64,000 nt of DNA from Hamiltosporidium tvaerminnensis FI-OER-3-3 (taxonomy: Eukaryota > Fungi > Microsporidia). Location: assembly GCA_022605425.2 (NCBI GenBank), contig JAKIMF020000004.1, positions 930,001 through 994,000 on the forward strand, in the 5' to 3' direction. The position numbers and the translations under genes were made by a program. The notes under the pieces are model-generated. The model saw only the letters and a program-made list of their open reading frames with translations. It did not search any database and was not told the origin of the DNA. This document shows positions 1 through 13,256 of this stretch, one piece after another (positions within the stretch are counted from its first letter, which is position 1; each line of letters starts with the position of its first letter).

Positions 1-103
1 ATTCTAAAAAAGAGAGAATAAATGTACCTTATCAAAAAATTTCCTTAATATAAATTTTGAAGGCGATCCTTCGAAAATTCAATCAAATGATATTGTTTTA
101 TTG

Positions 104-305
104 CCCCACCATGCCGGGAGCAGAATTGGCTTGGAGTATTCTCTGCTTTTCATAAGAGGCGGCTAAAAGGAACTGATCCCTTATGTTGGGCGTAGGGCTA
201 ACAACCCACTCTCCAAAACCACCTTGTTACGAAACCCGATAGGTAAACAAACCCACTGGAAAAAGACTGGGGGTTTACTAAGGAAGCCAAGACCCGCCCA
301 GGGGG
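104..305 (+). mobile_element. Short bipartite RTE-derived non-autonomous retroelement (RTE 5' UTR motifs fused to an RTE-like 3' end)
   Basis: Contains CATAAGAGGCGGCTAAAAGG and GTTGGGCGTAGGGCTAACAACCCAC...CTTGTTACGAAA, which resemble recalled arthropod RTE 5'-UTR motifs, followed by an RTE-like 3' end (GGAAGCCAAGACCCGCCCAGGG). A diverged inverted copy lies at 4262-4485. Confidence 0.55.
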
Positions 306-664
306 GGGACAAAGGAAAAAAAAAAAAATATTTTTTTTATAAAAAAAAAAAAAAACCAAAACCAAAAAAAAACTCTATTTATAAAATTTTTTAATAATTT
401 TAAATTTATTTATAAATTAATTTTTAAAAAAAAAAAAAAAAAAAATTTTTTTTTTTTTTTTTTTTTTAAATTTAAAAATAAAAAAAAAAAAAATAAAAAA
501 AATTTTTTTTTTTTATTAATATTAAAAAAAAAAAATTTATTTAATAAAAAAAAAAAAAATTAAAAAAAAAAAAAATTTTTTTATATTATAATAATAAAAA
601 AATAAAATAAATAAATATTTTTAATTAAAAAAAAAAAAAATAAAAAAAAAAAAAAAAAAAAAAA

Positions 665-699
<35 letters not shown>

Positions 700-781
700 A
701 AAAAAATATTTAAAAAAAAAAAAAAAAAAAATTAATTTTTTTTTTTTTATTAAAATTTTTTTTTTTTTTTTAATTTATTAA

Positions 782-818
<37 letters not shown>

Positions 819-998
819 AATATTATAATATTAAATTTAAAAAAAAAAATAAAAAAATAAAAATTTAAAATTTAATTTTTTAAAATTATTTTTAAAATTT
901 TTTTATTTTTTTAAAATTTTTTAATAAAAAAAAAAAATAAAAAATAATATTAAAAATAAAAAATATTTATTTAAAAAAAAATAAAAAAAAAAAAAAAA

Positions 999-1077
<79 letters not shown>

Positions 1078-1083
1078 TAAAAA

Positions 1084-1123
<40 letters not shown>

Positions 1124-1158
1124 AATTAATTATTATAAAAATTAAAAAAAAAATTTAA

Positions 1159-1190
<32 letters not shown>

Positions 1191-1209
1191 TTTAAATAAT
1201 TAAAAAATA

Positions 1210-1253
<44 letters not shown>

Positions 1254-1282
1254 AAAAAAAAAAAAAAAAAAAAAAAATATTA

Positions 1283-1321
<39 letters not shown>

Positions 1322-1389
1322 TTTTTTATTTTTTTTAAAAAAATAAAAAAAAAAAAAAAAAAAATTTTTTTAATTTTTTTTTATTAATT
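306..1389. repeat. Almost pure A/T homopolymer tract, probably a sequencing or assembly artefact
   Basis: About 1.08 kb almost devoid of G/C with irregular A and T runs. It begins and ends abruptly inside two different repeats. Confidence 0.75.
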
Positions 1390-1928
1390 AGGTTTTTTAT
1401 GTAACCAGATTGCGGATCGCAGCTGAACGTGTAAGTAATTGCCAGGTAAAATATCGCAACATAGCTTTGCTTACCCGGGTTAGAAGATTTGGCGTTTAAG
1501 AGATATAAAAAATTAAACCATTTAAAACCGAGAAGCTAAAGTAGAATGCTATAGCGGTTCGTATGGCATTGCATTGTCTAAAGCGACCTCATGTAAGTCT
1601 CTGAAATATATCTTAGCTAAAAGTTTACTAGTTCAAAAATTGTAGAGTAAGTGGGTATCCTGCATAGTCTTGGAGGAACTCAAGACTGGGTTAAGCCTAA
1701 GATTACAACTATGCAACAGAAATTAACGAACTCTTGGTAACTACTTTGCCCATTAATATGTTCTATACACCATTTATATGATGGGATTTGGTATTTAGGT
1801 ATCTTAGACGGTACCATTGGTTGTTGGGTCGTAGTTATATATGTAAAACCTAGAACTGCGTTGATGCCATGAAACAAATATAACACCTGCCTCTGCTTTA
1901 AAATGATCTGATATTTTGTAATAAAAAA
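1390..1928 (+). mobile_element. ~740-nt retroposon family, 5'-incomplete copy
   Basis: Colinear with 13443-13985 (TATGTAACCAGATTGC...CGGGTTAGAAGA...AAACCTAGAACTG...TAACAC...TAATAAAAAA). Confidence 0.85.
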
Positions 1929-2759
1929 TATCTTTTACTCAAACACATATAAATTTTTAATTAAATAACTCTAAAAAGATAGGTTCTGAGCCCAAATCGT
2001 TAAAGTCTCAAATTAAGTTTACATATAGAAATACATGTTGTAATTTTTGCTTTAATATGTTTGATTAAATTTATTATTGCAAATCATAATTTTTGATATT
2101 GACCTACTTAAATTATACAGATTATAACTACGGGTATAGTCTCGTTAAAGTTCAAAAATATTTCAGAAATTAGAAAATTGATGTATCTGTAAATAGCATC
2201 AATCTCGATGTATTTTAGGTATTTACCACATTTTCTACGGTAAAAAAATTAGCGTTTGTCTCTGAATACATATTTTTCATTTAAATGGAATTTTGTATTA
2301 TTAAGCAACCCCTAATCAATCAAATTCGACGAAAATATAATTTAGAAAACAGAACCACTTGTAGAATTTTGTTTAAAATATGTAAAAATACTCCATACAG
2401 ATGAACTGTAAAAGAAATTCGGTTCCAAATAAATTTATGATAACTAAAAAATATTCAATAGATAGATGTATTAATTATTAAAAAACTACACATTATACTA
2501 TCCTGATAGAAGAGCAAAACTAAGTTCTTCAAACAATTTATTTTAACCAAGAGAATTTTAATCATATAAAAATTGTATCAATAGAATCAGAGAAATAATG
2601 AATAATTTTTTTTACCATATACAACTTAAGCAATTTATTTCTAACTTTATATAACTACGATATATTAGTTGTTTTGTAGAGCCTAATTTTATTTACTAAA
2701 TATCACATTCCTTGAAATAAAAGTATTGTTGTATTTTTAAATAATATATTGCGCTATTA

Positions 2760-2995
2760 TAGGTTTCCCATAGATTCATGCTCCATATAATTTTATCGGC
2801 GTCTCAATGTATCTAAATACCAAAGATTTTCATATAAATTATGTGTAGAACGAATATAATGTGCGAAAAACTTGCTCAGTGTTCGTTAATATTCGTTGCT
2901 CGGACTAGGATTGCATTAAGAAACCCACTATAGACTCCAATATGATCAGACGTATTCAACTTGTGAAAAATTTCCGCACCCAATAGATTTCAAGC
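2760..2995 (-). pseudogene. Decayed Ser/Thr protein kinase N-lobe fragment (MARK/KIN1-like)
   Basis: Minus strand reads LKSIGCGNFSQV (cf. MARK LKTIGKGNFAKV), then VFRYIETPIKLY and, after a frameshift, MEHESMGNL (cf. IETEKTLYLIMEYASGGEV). Stops and frameshifts intervene. Confidence 0.45.
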
Positions 2996-4261
2996 TATCA
3001 TATATCGCAGCAACCTCTATGAGGTTTATCTAGTATCTTTATCGTCATAAAATTAGTATAATTTGCCACTTAGTTTTTCTTGATTATAAGAAAGTTTTTT
3101 TATATTTTCAAGGCCCTAGGTTTGTTTATTCAAAGAGGTACTGCAATTTCCCCATGTCTTTACATTGCATTTATACCGAGTTCAATCTTGCTTTAAAATT
3201 TTGTAAAATAAAAAATTCCGAACGACGCTTGCAATTTTTTTTTATAATTTTGTAGACCTTCTTTTCCTTATATAAATGATCATAGTGTGACTAAATTTGC
3301 GCGGGTTTCATTTCAAAAAAACCTCAATTAATCATTTCACTCTAAATTTATTATTAATGTCTGATAAGATTGTTTTTATCCTGGTTTATCTCTCCCACTA
3401 ATCTAAATTCAAATCTATTTATCTTCCAATGATTATAAAGCTTTAAAATATGGTTTTTAACTTCATAAAGCTACTTGTAGAGAGGTTTGCTTTTTACAAG
3501 ATTAAGCCATAAAAATCAAAACAAGAATCAAACTTCTTTCTATCTGATATAAGTAGAACTTCATAAATAGAAAAAAAGCCAAGAATAAAGGTGGTTTACA
3601 CCGATCTTAAATTAGAAAATCCAAAAACTACACATTTATCATAATTTAGAATTAATTAAAAAGCTTGATGCTTATTCTTCATTAAATATATTATAAATTT
3701 CTTGATTTTTAGACTCCATTTCTATATCATTTCAATATTCGAAGACTCAAAACTTTTTTGTTTGCAACTAAAAAAAATTGTCTCAGCCAAGAAATATATC
3801 TACTAGTTAAATATATAGTGTTTAAAGTTTTAAGCCGACACCCAATCGAAAATAGTCTTACCAAGATAATTTGATCTATTTGCGTCAGTATGACAACTTA
3901 AACATTCAAAAGAAAAGGTGTAAGAAATACCGTTAACCTGCGAAGCTTTAATTCGCATGTGGATTGTGTTAAACCATAGGGGAAAAAATAAGCTAAAGAA
4001 AAATTGCGGGTCTAATTTATAATTAATTTTTTATTTAGATATGTTTTAGATAATATATTTGCATGTTTGGAGTGAAATAACCTTATATTACCTTTTAAAA
4101 AGTGCAGATTGCGCAAAACAATATTATTGATCTATCTTACTGTTTGAAATAAAAATCTATTCTTTGGATTTGCAAACCAAGTATTTTCTGAATAAATAGA
4201 TCCATAGAATGTTACTAAAAAAATTTAGTCTTAATATTCCTATATCTTTCATTCATTTTTT

Positions 4262-4485
4262 CATTCTCAGCACTCCAGCCCTGCACAAGCCTTCGCCTTT
4301 CTTGCTAATACCGGCTACCGGTCTCTTCCTAGTGTGTTCGTTACTTTTTTGGGTTTCTTAACAAGGTCTTTTTGAAGGGTGGATTGTTAGCTCTACAATA
4401 AGCCCCGGTCCGGAGGACCAGTCCCTTTTAATCGCTTCTTACGGCATGCAACTAATACTATAAGCCAAGTCTGCACCAGCGAGGA
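4262..4485 (-). mobile_element. Bipartite RTE-derived non-autonomous element, second copy
   Basis: Reverse complement reads GCAGACTTGGCTTATAGTATT...CCGTAAGAAGCGATTAAAAGGGACTGGTCCTCC...GCTAACAATCCACCC...CTTGTTAAGAAACCC...CAGGGCTGGAGTGCTG, colinear with 104-305. Confidence 0.55.
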
Positions 4486-5345
4486 ATAATATATGTGTTT
4501 CTATGCTTCTAAATGAATTCTTAAGTCAATTCAAATAAAGATAATGGATTAAAAACCAATAGAAAAGCTTTTATGAATAAAAAACACTAAACAAAGATTC
4601 CTCTTACATATAACAATGAAAAAATATATTCATAAAGCTTAAATAATAAAAAATAATTGTGTAATAACATATATATGTTTCATTTATAATTGCTGTATAT
4701 TAATGGTTCATAATATTATCCGAGTATTTTATCGTAGATTTATGCTCAGATATTTTCTTCACATTGTATATTAAATATTGTTTTTATTAAAAGTATTAAC
4801 TTTGTTAATTCATTCAAAAGCGCATCAATTCCATTTGATGAAAATTCTATTTAAAATATATTTGAAATATTCATTTTTGAAAAAATAGTAAATTATATGG
4901 CTATATTAAACCAAAATTTAATGATGTAAACTTTATAGCAGTGGAATTGTTTAATCCTAATCTTTTTCATTTGACTATATCAAATATAATCTACAAGTAT
5001 TTAATATCCAAAATCAAAATTTATATCTTAGTAAAATTGGTACACAGCACTATAATAACTTAAATAAAACATACTAATATGAAACATAATAATTTAGATT
5101 TTATTTTTTAAGTCTAAGCCAAGAAATTGCATTATTTGAATAAGACTTCTATAAAATGCAAAACCAGTGTTTATATAAAGAAAATAAAAGGTTTGATCTT
5201 TGAAGGTTTTAAAGTTCATGATATATATATTTTGACAAAATGTGAAAAAAATCATATCTATGTATAATTACAACTGGTATTTAAAAAAATATTACCGAAA
5301 GAAAAAAAATGTTTGAAAAAATTTAATATATGTGCACAATATCAG

Positions 5346-5560
5346 GTGGTGAGAGTTAACTACATTAACAACTATTTGGTTGGTAAGGAGTGTGTGAAAA
5401 TCATTGTCGACATTTTGATGAGATGTAGACCACATCGGATCTATAGCCTAATTTTTTATAATCCCGAGTCACGACAGATTAAAAAAATCAAATTGGAAAA
5501 TTTACAGTTGTTATTCTCGACACCTAGAGGTAAAAGAGGAATGGAATAACTAAGTAAGAC
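5346..5560 (+). mobile_element. Short (~220 nt) repeat family sharing the 5' head of the 740-nt element but with a different body
   Basis: Head GTGGTGAGAGTTAACTACATTAACAACT...GAGTGTGTGAAA. The body (ACGACAGATTAAAA...AGAGGTAAAAGAGGAATGGA...AAGTAAG) matches the inverted copy at 18080-18307. Confidence 0.6.
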
Positions 5561-7439
5561 ACAGATATGAAAATAAAAAATTCTTTTTTGATTATTACAG
5601 TCAATAAACCAGGAAGAAATATATTGAGATCAATCTCGAAATGAATAATATAAAGAAGATTTATGTATAGATGTTTTCAAAAATAAGAAACCGGTTTTAT
5701 TTTAGTAACACAAAATTTTTTAGTTGGGTTTAAAATGGAAATTTCGCTCGTAGATTTGAAAAGAACACTGTTTACGAAACCAAGAATTATATTAAAAAAA
5801 ATCCCACACATAATAAGTTTAATATATTTTTTAACTTTCTATAATATTCATATTGATGATCTAAAAATTTTTAGTTCGTCAAATAAATTAATTATTTGAA
5901 TGCTTGAAAAAATTTTTCTTGTACCTTTTGCATTCAAGTTTTAAAAGTTTTCAAACATTTTAATTCGTATAACAAACAAATACAGAATTTAAAATCATTT
6001 AAAATCAAGTTTATTAATTTTACTGTATAAATTAAGCGAATTTATTGTTTCATTTGTAATTTTACATGAATCCAAATTTTGATAAAAATTTATATTTTAA
6101 TCATTTTTTAATTTATAAATTGCGCTCCGAAAAAAACATAAATTATATTTCGTTATTTTGTTAAATTATTTTTTATTTTTATCTTAATCAGTTGAAAAAA
6201 ATGTTTTTTTTCCAAAATATAATTATTTTATTTACTCTCAGTATATTTCGCCCTACTAAATAAACCTATTATATTTTTCAGGATATATTACTATAATCCG
6301 ATAACTTATTATGATATAGATATTATATGCATAATTCCTCTATAATCTCGAAATTTAGCTGGTTCGCAAGCGTTTCAAATGAAATAAACTAATGAACCCA
6401 AATAAGATAACGGGCAGCTTAATTAACAATCTGTGTTTGTGTTTGACTCTTTATGAAAAAAGCAAAGAGAACCCAAAATATAATCATGATTCGATTACAA
6501 AAAAATATTAAGAGCAAATGATATTCCGTACATTAATAAAGCGGGGAATCAAACATACATCACAATCATAATGTATCATTCATTGAGTTAATATATAATT
6601 AGGTAAATATGCTTGAGTTTGTTTGTGGAAATCAATATTTGTTTTTTTTATTAAAGCTAAATATATTTATAGATTAAATATGAACTGAGAATTAATAAAA
6701 ATCTGATATTAAATTATATTACAAATATATTTTGTAAAATATGAAAATCCAGTAAATAGAATTAATTTTTAAAAAATTGTAAACAAATGTGATTTAAAAA
6801 CTCTAAATAAAAAACGAATAATGTATAAACCATCGATTAATAAATAAAGAGTGTTTGGTGTTGTGTCATATACATAAAAAATTACAACCAATGGTTAGTC
6901 AAACAATATTTAAAACTTTCTTTCAATGTATTGTGTTGCTCATTGAAAATTATTGACCAAGGAAAATTTCAATAAGGTCTTAAATCATAAATGAAGAATT
7001 TTAGAAAATATAAGCAAAAAGGTATAATAATATAGCATAGAACACCCTTTTTTCACCGATAAAGGGTCTGAATAGAATTTATTTATGAAAAAATAATTTC
7101 CTTGATTAAATTGTGGTTTATATGCTTTTATAAATAAAAAAACGATTTATCTCTTTTAGACAGATGCAAGTTAATAGAATAAAAAAATTCTTTTAACTGC
7201 ATGTTGCTCTGATTGATTGATGTCAAATTAGATGAAAAAAATATGTTTATTACGTGATTTATAATTAATAATATACAAGACAAATCTTAGTGCAAAAACA
7301 TGGAAATAACTATAATAAAGCCAAAAAGAAGCTGATCAAGTGAATTGAAGAAATAAACTAGACAAACACCAAACAGATACACCCCTATTCTCTTTTTTAT
7401 ACAAAAATTACATCTCTTGGTCATACTAAACATGCGACA

Positions 7440-8200
7440 CGCAAAAAAATGTATGTTTTAAATCGTATATTCGTCCAACGTCCACCTTTACGATTGGGTT
7501 GAAGACACCGAGCGCAATCTATCTATGACAAGACAAATCTCCGTAATATGCCCATTTACAATATAAACTGCTAAATTTCTGCGGAAATACTGAATTTAAT
7601 GACAACAAACTTAGAGAAATAGGCTGAAATGTATTTTTTGAATTAAGGCAAGATCTGGAGAGTTTCATTAAATAGCTAAAAAAGGCTTTTCCGGTACTAA
7701 AAAACTTTTTCGGCTTTTAATACTCTACAAGACTTAAAAGTTTGATATTCGATGGATTCAAAAGGAATTAAGATCTAAAGGATAAATACGATGTAGAATC
7801 TCCCCTGTCTCACGTAACCATGTTCTCTGTCAGACATAGAGCTGTATTAAGCTAGAAAAGAAGTACTAGTAACAAAATAACATATCAATCTGAGAATAAA
7901 AATGAAAGGCAGTGGTACCAACTTGCAAGATTTACCTGAATCTGTAGTCAGTAAAGTTTTCGATAGCATACAATTACACCAGAAGACTGTGCTAAATCAC
8001 ATGCACTTGAGTCAATAATGGATGCGCGCATTATTTTATGACAATGTAAGACGTAATAGAAACCTAGATCTGCTTAGAACGAAAACCAAAAAGCAAAGTT
8101 TTTAGCTTATACGTATCAAATATTAACTAGAAAATGCTCTTCCTCAGACGAGGTCTTTCCTTCGGAACGAAAGAACTCGGGAAACTATGCCAGTGTTTAA
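7440..8200 (+). pseudogene. Highly decayed non-LTR reverse transcriptase remnant
   Basis: Patchy nucleotide similarity to the RPITCMSNLYKL and KKAYDSI regions at 55100-55340 (e.g. AAAGTTTTCGATAGCATA, KVFDSI). No open frame remains. Confidence 0.3.
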
Positions 8201-9003
8201 TTAAAACTCGACAGCCCAAAATGACTTTTCTAAAGCTTTAGTTAAAAAGAAAGAGTTTAAAAAATTCAACAAAAAACCTGTATTATCCCTGAAAGTGGGA
8301 CAAATTGATAAAAGAATCGTATATTAAAGTTGGCAAGTTCAATTAAATCTCGGGTTATCTCGACAAATGCAACCTGAGGAAAAGTTGGTCGAATAAAATT
8401 ATGAGTTTTTTTCAAGAATAAAATTCAAATTTCCATGACCAAGTTATGTATTATGATATTTAGTAGAGTTTTTTTGATACTAATCCAATATATTCTATTC
8501 ACCTGCTGAATTTCGTAGTGAAAATTCTGGTATCATAACTGTAAACCGCAGGAATATATTGTGTTTATGATTTATATATTATTAAATTTACGACGTTGCG
8601 GTATAGTTTTCAGGATAATATGAAAGCCAATGTTAGAAAGAACGCTTTAAGCCGACTTTTTTTTGTAATCTCATTGCCTTTATACCTAAAAATAAACACC
8701 GAGAAGTTTAGAGTACAGTCAAATACCTGTAACTTAAAACCCTATAAGTTGAACACGAAATCTGTAAAAAAAAGTCGTCCAGCCTAAGGTAGAAAGAAGA
8801 GGAGTCTTATCAGATAATCAATCGGGAAGGTACGTAATAGGTATGTAGAGAGCAAGAAATATTAAAAATTTCCTTTCATAAAAAGTACAGAAATAACCTT
8901 AATTTGATATGAATTTATATTAAAATGCTTATGAGTCAATAAATTATTCTAATCGACTTAAAACATCTAAAACCTTGATTTACTAACTTGATAGTGAAAT
9001 ACT

Positions 9004-9162
9004 TCAGACGAAAAGGTGATGAGAGATGTCACAGCCGACCTTCAGAAGCTCGGCGTTCACAACTGAAGAACGAATGCATATCATCGGGAAGAATCACGAA
9101 CTGATGTTGTTGCGACGGCCAAAGTTCATCAAAGACTGCAGCGCCGATGATGATGTATATGA
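9004..9162 (+). mobile_element. 5'-truncated RTE-clade LINE 3' end with 13-bp TSD
   Basis: Reads DVTADLQKLGVHN and ends GACTGCAGCGCCGATGATGATG, an RTE-like C-terminus and (GAT)n tail. Flanked by ATAGTGAAATACT at 8991-9003 and 9163-9175. Confidence 0.7.
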
Positions 9163-9499
9163 ATAGTGAAATACTATAAGGGAATTTTCAAATGGCAAAA
9201 CAATCTACCACAGTTTTACAAAAAAAATACAGAAAAAAAAGATTGAAAAAAACTTGTTACAAAGGGATAGTATGACATATTTTCTTTTTTTGTCTTTTAT
9301 GGATTTTTTGAGCCGAAAACTAAATGAGAAATAGAAGAAGAATACAATAAATAATAATCAGATTTCAATCCGTCGACCATCCGCTATTTATTGAAAATTT
9401 AAGCACCTTTAGATCCCAATTAAACCATGGGATCTATGAAAGAACAAACGAAAAAGTTCTTAAGCGTTTTTTTGTGAAATAGATAAAGAGAAGATAACC

Positions 9500-11115
9500 T
9501 TATATGATAGCTATAACAAAGATACGCTACAGTTGTAAATATTTTGGTTTTTACAAACATTTGGAAATAATAGAAGATTTTAGAGTAATTTCAAAACTAG
9601 CTCGTTTAAGAAGTAATGAGCAAGATAACAGCTAGGGTTAAAGAATCTCTGCATTAGTTTAAATCCAAAAAATATTTTCAAATTGGAAAAAGTGCGATAT
9701 CATTGACCGATTATCATATATAAACGAAGCGACTCGCACCAGCTGACGGCTCTAAATCAATGAATTAGTACTTGCCGTGTTGGTAAAAAAATAAAATACA
9801 TCATGGACCAGGCTGTATAGAACGTCTATGGTTTTTCGAAAAAAACATAAAAGATATATTAATAGGCTTGAGTGGCAAAGTAAATATATAGTTCTGCAAC
9901 TCTTAGATTTTTCCGAGATATAAAGAAATATCAACTCGAAGAACATAACTTTTATTGTTTAGAATACCAATAATGCCTTGTTTGCACTACAAAAGGTTTC
10001 TTATAAAACAAATATAGAGGAATGAAGAAGTCTAATAAAAAAATTTAAAAGAGTCACAACTTGTAGAATACAATTACAAAGCAGAGAGCAGAGAACTACC
10101 TTCACAACTATATAATGCAAGAAAAATAAGCTTTTGTGTTAGTGACTATTCAATATGTCTCAAGAAGAGAATATTGTGTCATGTAATGAAGCATTATTTT
10201 GCTATATTCAGAATTGAAATATATTCTGGAGAGCTGCAGGTATGCTAGACACTTACTAAGACAGATAAAAATTTCGAGCGTTTAGCAACTTGTTGTAAGA
10301 AAATACAGGGGTATAATTATACCAGAAGTATTATTGAATCACAGCCTACACCTAATCTTTCTAAATAGATGAAAATTTAGGTCTACAAAACAAATTTGGA
10401 GTCTTTCAGCTTAAGAAATTCTTGTAAATGAATATTCGGAAATAAGCCCTGAACCAGTACTAAAACGTGACTTAAAATTCAGAATAAAAATCTAGATATA
10501 TTCGTTTTAGACAAAACGCGGAATAAACTAAATTGAACTTCATTCAAGTAGGAATCAAATCCTAGGATTCAATTAAAATATTTAAAACCGATAACCCAAA
10601 GAAGTATGATCTACTATGCTTTTTTGGATCATTCCAAGCGTAGTGTTAAGATATTCGTTTATGTGATAACCTGATACGTTATTTTGACAGAATACCATAA
10701 GGTATATAATAAAAGACTGCAAATATCTATATATGCAGAGATATACATTCATTCGATACTTTTCTGGGAAACAGTCAAACAATTTCCTTTGCGACAAAGA
10801 AAAATTGATTCGAAACCAAATGCCTAAGAGAACAGGGAGAGAGCGTCAATCTATGTTATAAAAAGAGGTCAGCCCAACGAGGAATCAATACAACTTTGAA
10901 ACAGACGAGTAGCGACAAGAAATGGTTGGAAAAAGAATTAATACCAAACAAAACACGCTCATTTCAGTTAAAAAAAACCAAAATAGAGGGATCTAAAATA
11001 AACTTAAGCAAGATCCGAATTTATAAGAAGAAATCAAAGCGGTTAAAGAAGTATAAAAAACATATAACAAGGGTGAAAATTAGTTTAACCCAATTTTGCC
11101 TTAATAATAAATTCT
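9500..11115 (+). mobile_element. Heavily degenerate 3' half of the RLE-type non-LTR retrotransposon
   Basis: Nucleotide similarity to 55780-57370, e.g. TTTACAAACATTTGGAAATAATAGAAGA and GGGAGAGAGCGTCAAT, plus a similar 3' tail. Confidence 0.65.
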
Positions 11116-11136
11116 TTGGTATCAGATTTAATCCTG

Positions 11137-11650
11137 AGAGAGAATGACAACATTAAAAACTATTTTCTTGGCGAAGATTTGTGGATTGGTTCAAAATAAA
11201 AGCTTAGATTTTTAATGGAATAAAAGGTAATTTAATTTTGGTTTTTTAGTGAGAATTTTATAAAAAGGAGATGTTTTACAAAATCATGAAAATTCATACC
11301 TCAAGGAGCTTTATGTTTATATATATAATTATACTCGAGACTAAAATTTTATTTCTAATAATTCCTATGTAAAAGCATGAAAATTTAGTCTTTCTCATTT
11401 AGTTAGAGACTTGGCATCATAGGATATAAAAAACACACATTAAAAACCCAAGAAATCCAAATAGCAGATTTGAACTAATGGTATGACATTGCAATGTTCA
11501 AATGGATCCTATTTTTGTCTCTGAGATATATCATTGTTGAAAATCCATTTTTTCGGAAAGTGTAGAGTAAGTAGAAAAACTGATCGGCTTGAGGAATTCT
11601 AATGCGAACATCACCCTACGATCAATTTCGGGTAACTAAAAACACGAACA
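11137..11650 (+). mobile_element. ~740-nt retroposon family, old degenerate copy
   Basis: Retains CATTAAAAACT..CTTGGC, ATGTAAAAGCATGAAA, GGTATGACATTGCA and GAAAGTGTAGAGTAAGT in the expected order. Confidence 0.6.
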
Positions 11651-13256
11651 AAAGGTATATACTCCGCACATAAATAGGTTACACATATTGTGATGAAAAG
11701 CTTCGAAATGTAGTTTTTTTGGGGAATACCAATGGTATTATAGGAGAGCAGTTATCTATGTTAAACCAGTAAGTGCGTTTATTTCATGAAAAATATTACC
11801 TATTCTGCTTTTTTAATAGTATATGATATATTAACTAGCATGTTTAGTAAAATAAGCAGATTTGAAAACTAAACATTTTATCAAATCCAAAAAACTACGA
11901 CAAGTACATTACATTTATACTTATAGCTCAAGTTCTTTTAAAAAACAGTGAAATTAAATTATAAAATAAGTTTTTAATGTAATTAAAAAATATATTTATC
12001 ATATCATTCCGTCGCAAATTTCTAGTTTGAATGTATTCATATTCTATAATCTATCTTAATTTATAAAAGGTTCCCTTAGCATATAGTCTTTTTTCAATCT
12101 TTTTTTAAAGATTGAACTAGCTTTAAACATAGCAAAATTTATAATATATTTTCTAGGATTTGAAATTTTTGTGTTTGCGACAATTGTATAATTTCAAAAT
12201 ATAATAAACATCGATTTTTTCGTATATCACAATAAAACAATTTTGTATATCTCAAGCGGTAATCATCAGTCAAATTAGCATTAATCTTTAAATGTAATAA
12301 TTTAAAGCAAAAATATAATTTTACTCAAATATATTCTTCTTACTGAAATATATGTTTTATTTTAAATAAATATGTATGCCAAGGTTTTTTTAAGGTAAGA
12401 ATTTAATTATCGTTAAGCTGCAATCAATAAGTAAATATATCAGAACTTTGATAAAACTTACACCTATTCCTAACTGCAATTCCAGATATTTATTAAAAAA
12501 ATATAATATATTGTTTTATTGCTTTGAGTTTAACAGTTAAAATGGTTTTTGATTCGAAACTATGATTGTATATTTTCACATTAAAAAACTAGATTTACAT
12601 AGATATTGAAAGAATGGAATATTATTTTTAATCTGGCAAAGTTTTAAAAGTAAAATTTAATTTTTTTCACAGAAACACCGAATATTTGTTTAAAAGATAA
12701 TTTATTGATATAAATTTGGGATAGGGCTACCGCTTTGGGAAAAAAGTTAGTATTTTATCATAAATCAATAGAATACTTCTTTTTCATCAACGATAGGGAT
12801 TATTTCTATTTATTTTAAAAAAATTAAAAAATATTTTATACTGTGGTTTTAAATTTTTGATAGGTGTTATGTTCCGAATTAAAGAAAAAAATACATTATT
12901 CAAATTTGGCCATAATAGAATAAAAATATAATATAAGCCCTAACTTTCTCTATAGGCATTTATCAGCGAACTGTTTCAAGTCAAATGAGCTGAGCAATAT
13001 CTATCGAGCTTTTTTATTCTAATACTCATAAATTGCTTATGATTTCGGTATTAAATTAGAAAAATATTTTTTTTTCCTTCTAAATATGTATAATTCATGG
13101 ATTGATTTGTGTCAAATTAGAAGAAAAACAGCAAAAAGTAGTTACTTACGATCCAATGATGTTGAAATATATGTTATAAGTATGATTAAAATAAATCCAT
13201 ACATTACTGGGTATCATTATATTTAAAAGAAATAATTCCTTATATATCTGTATTAT

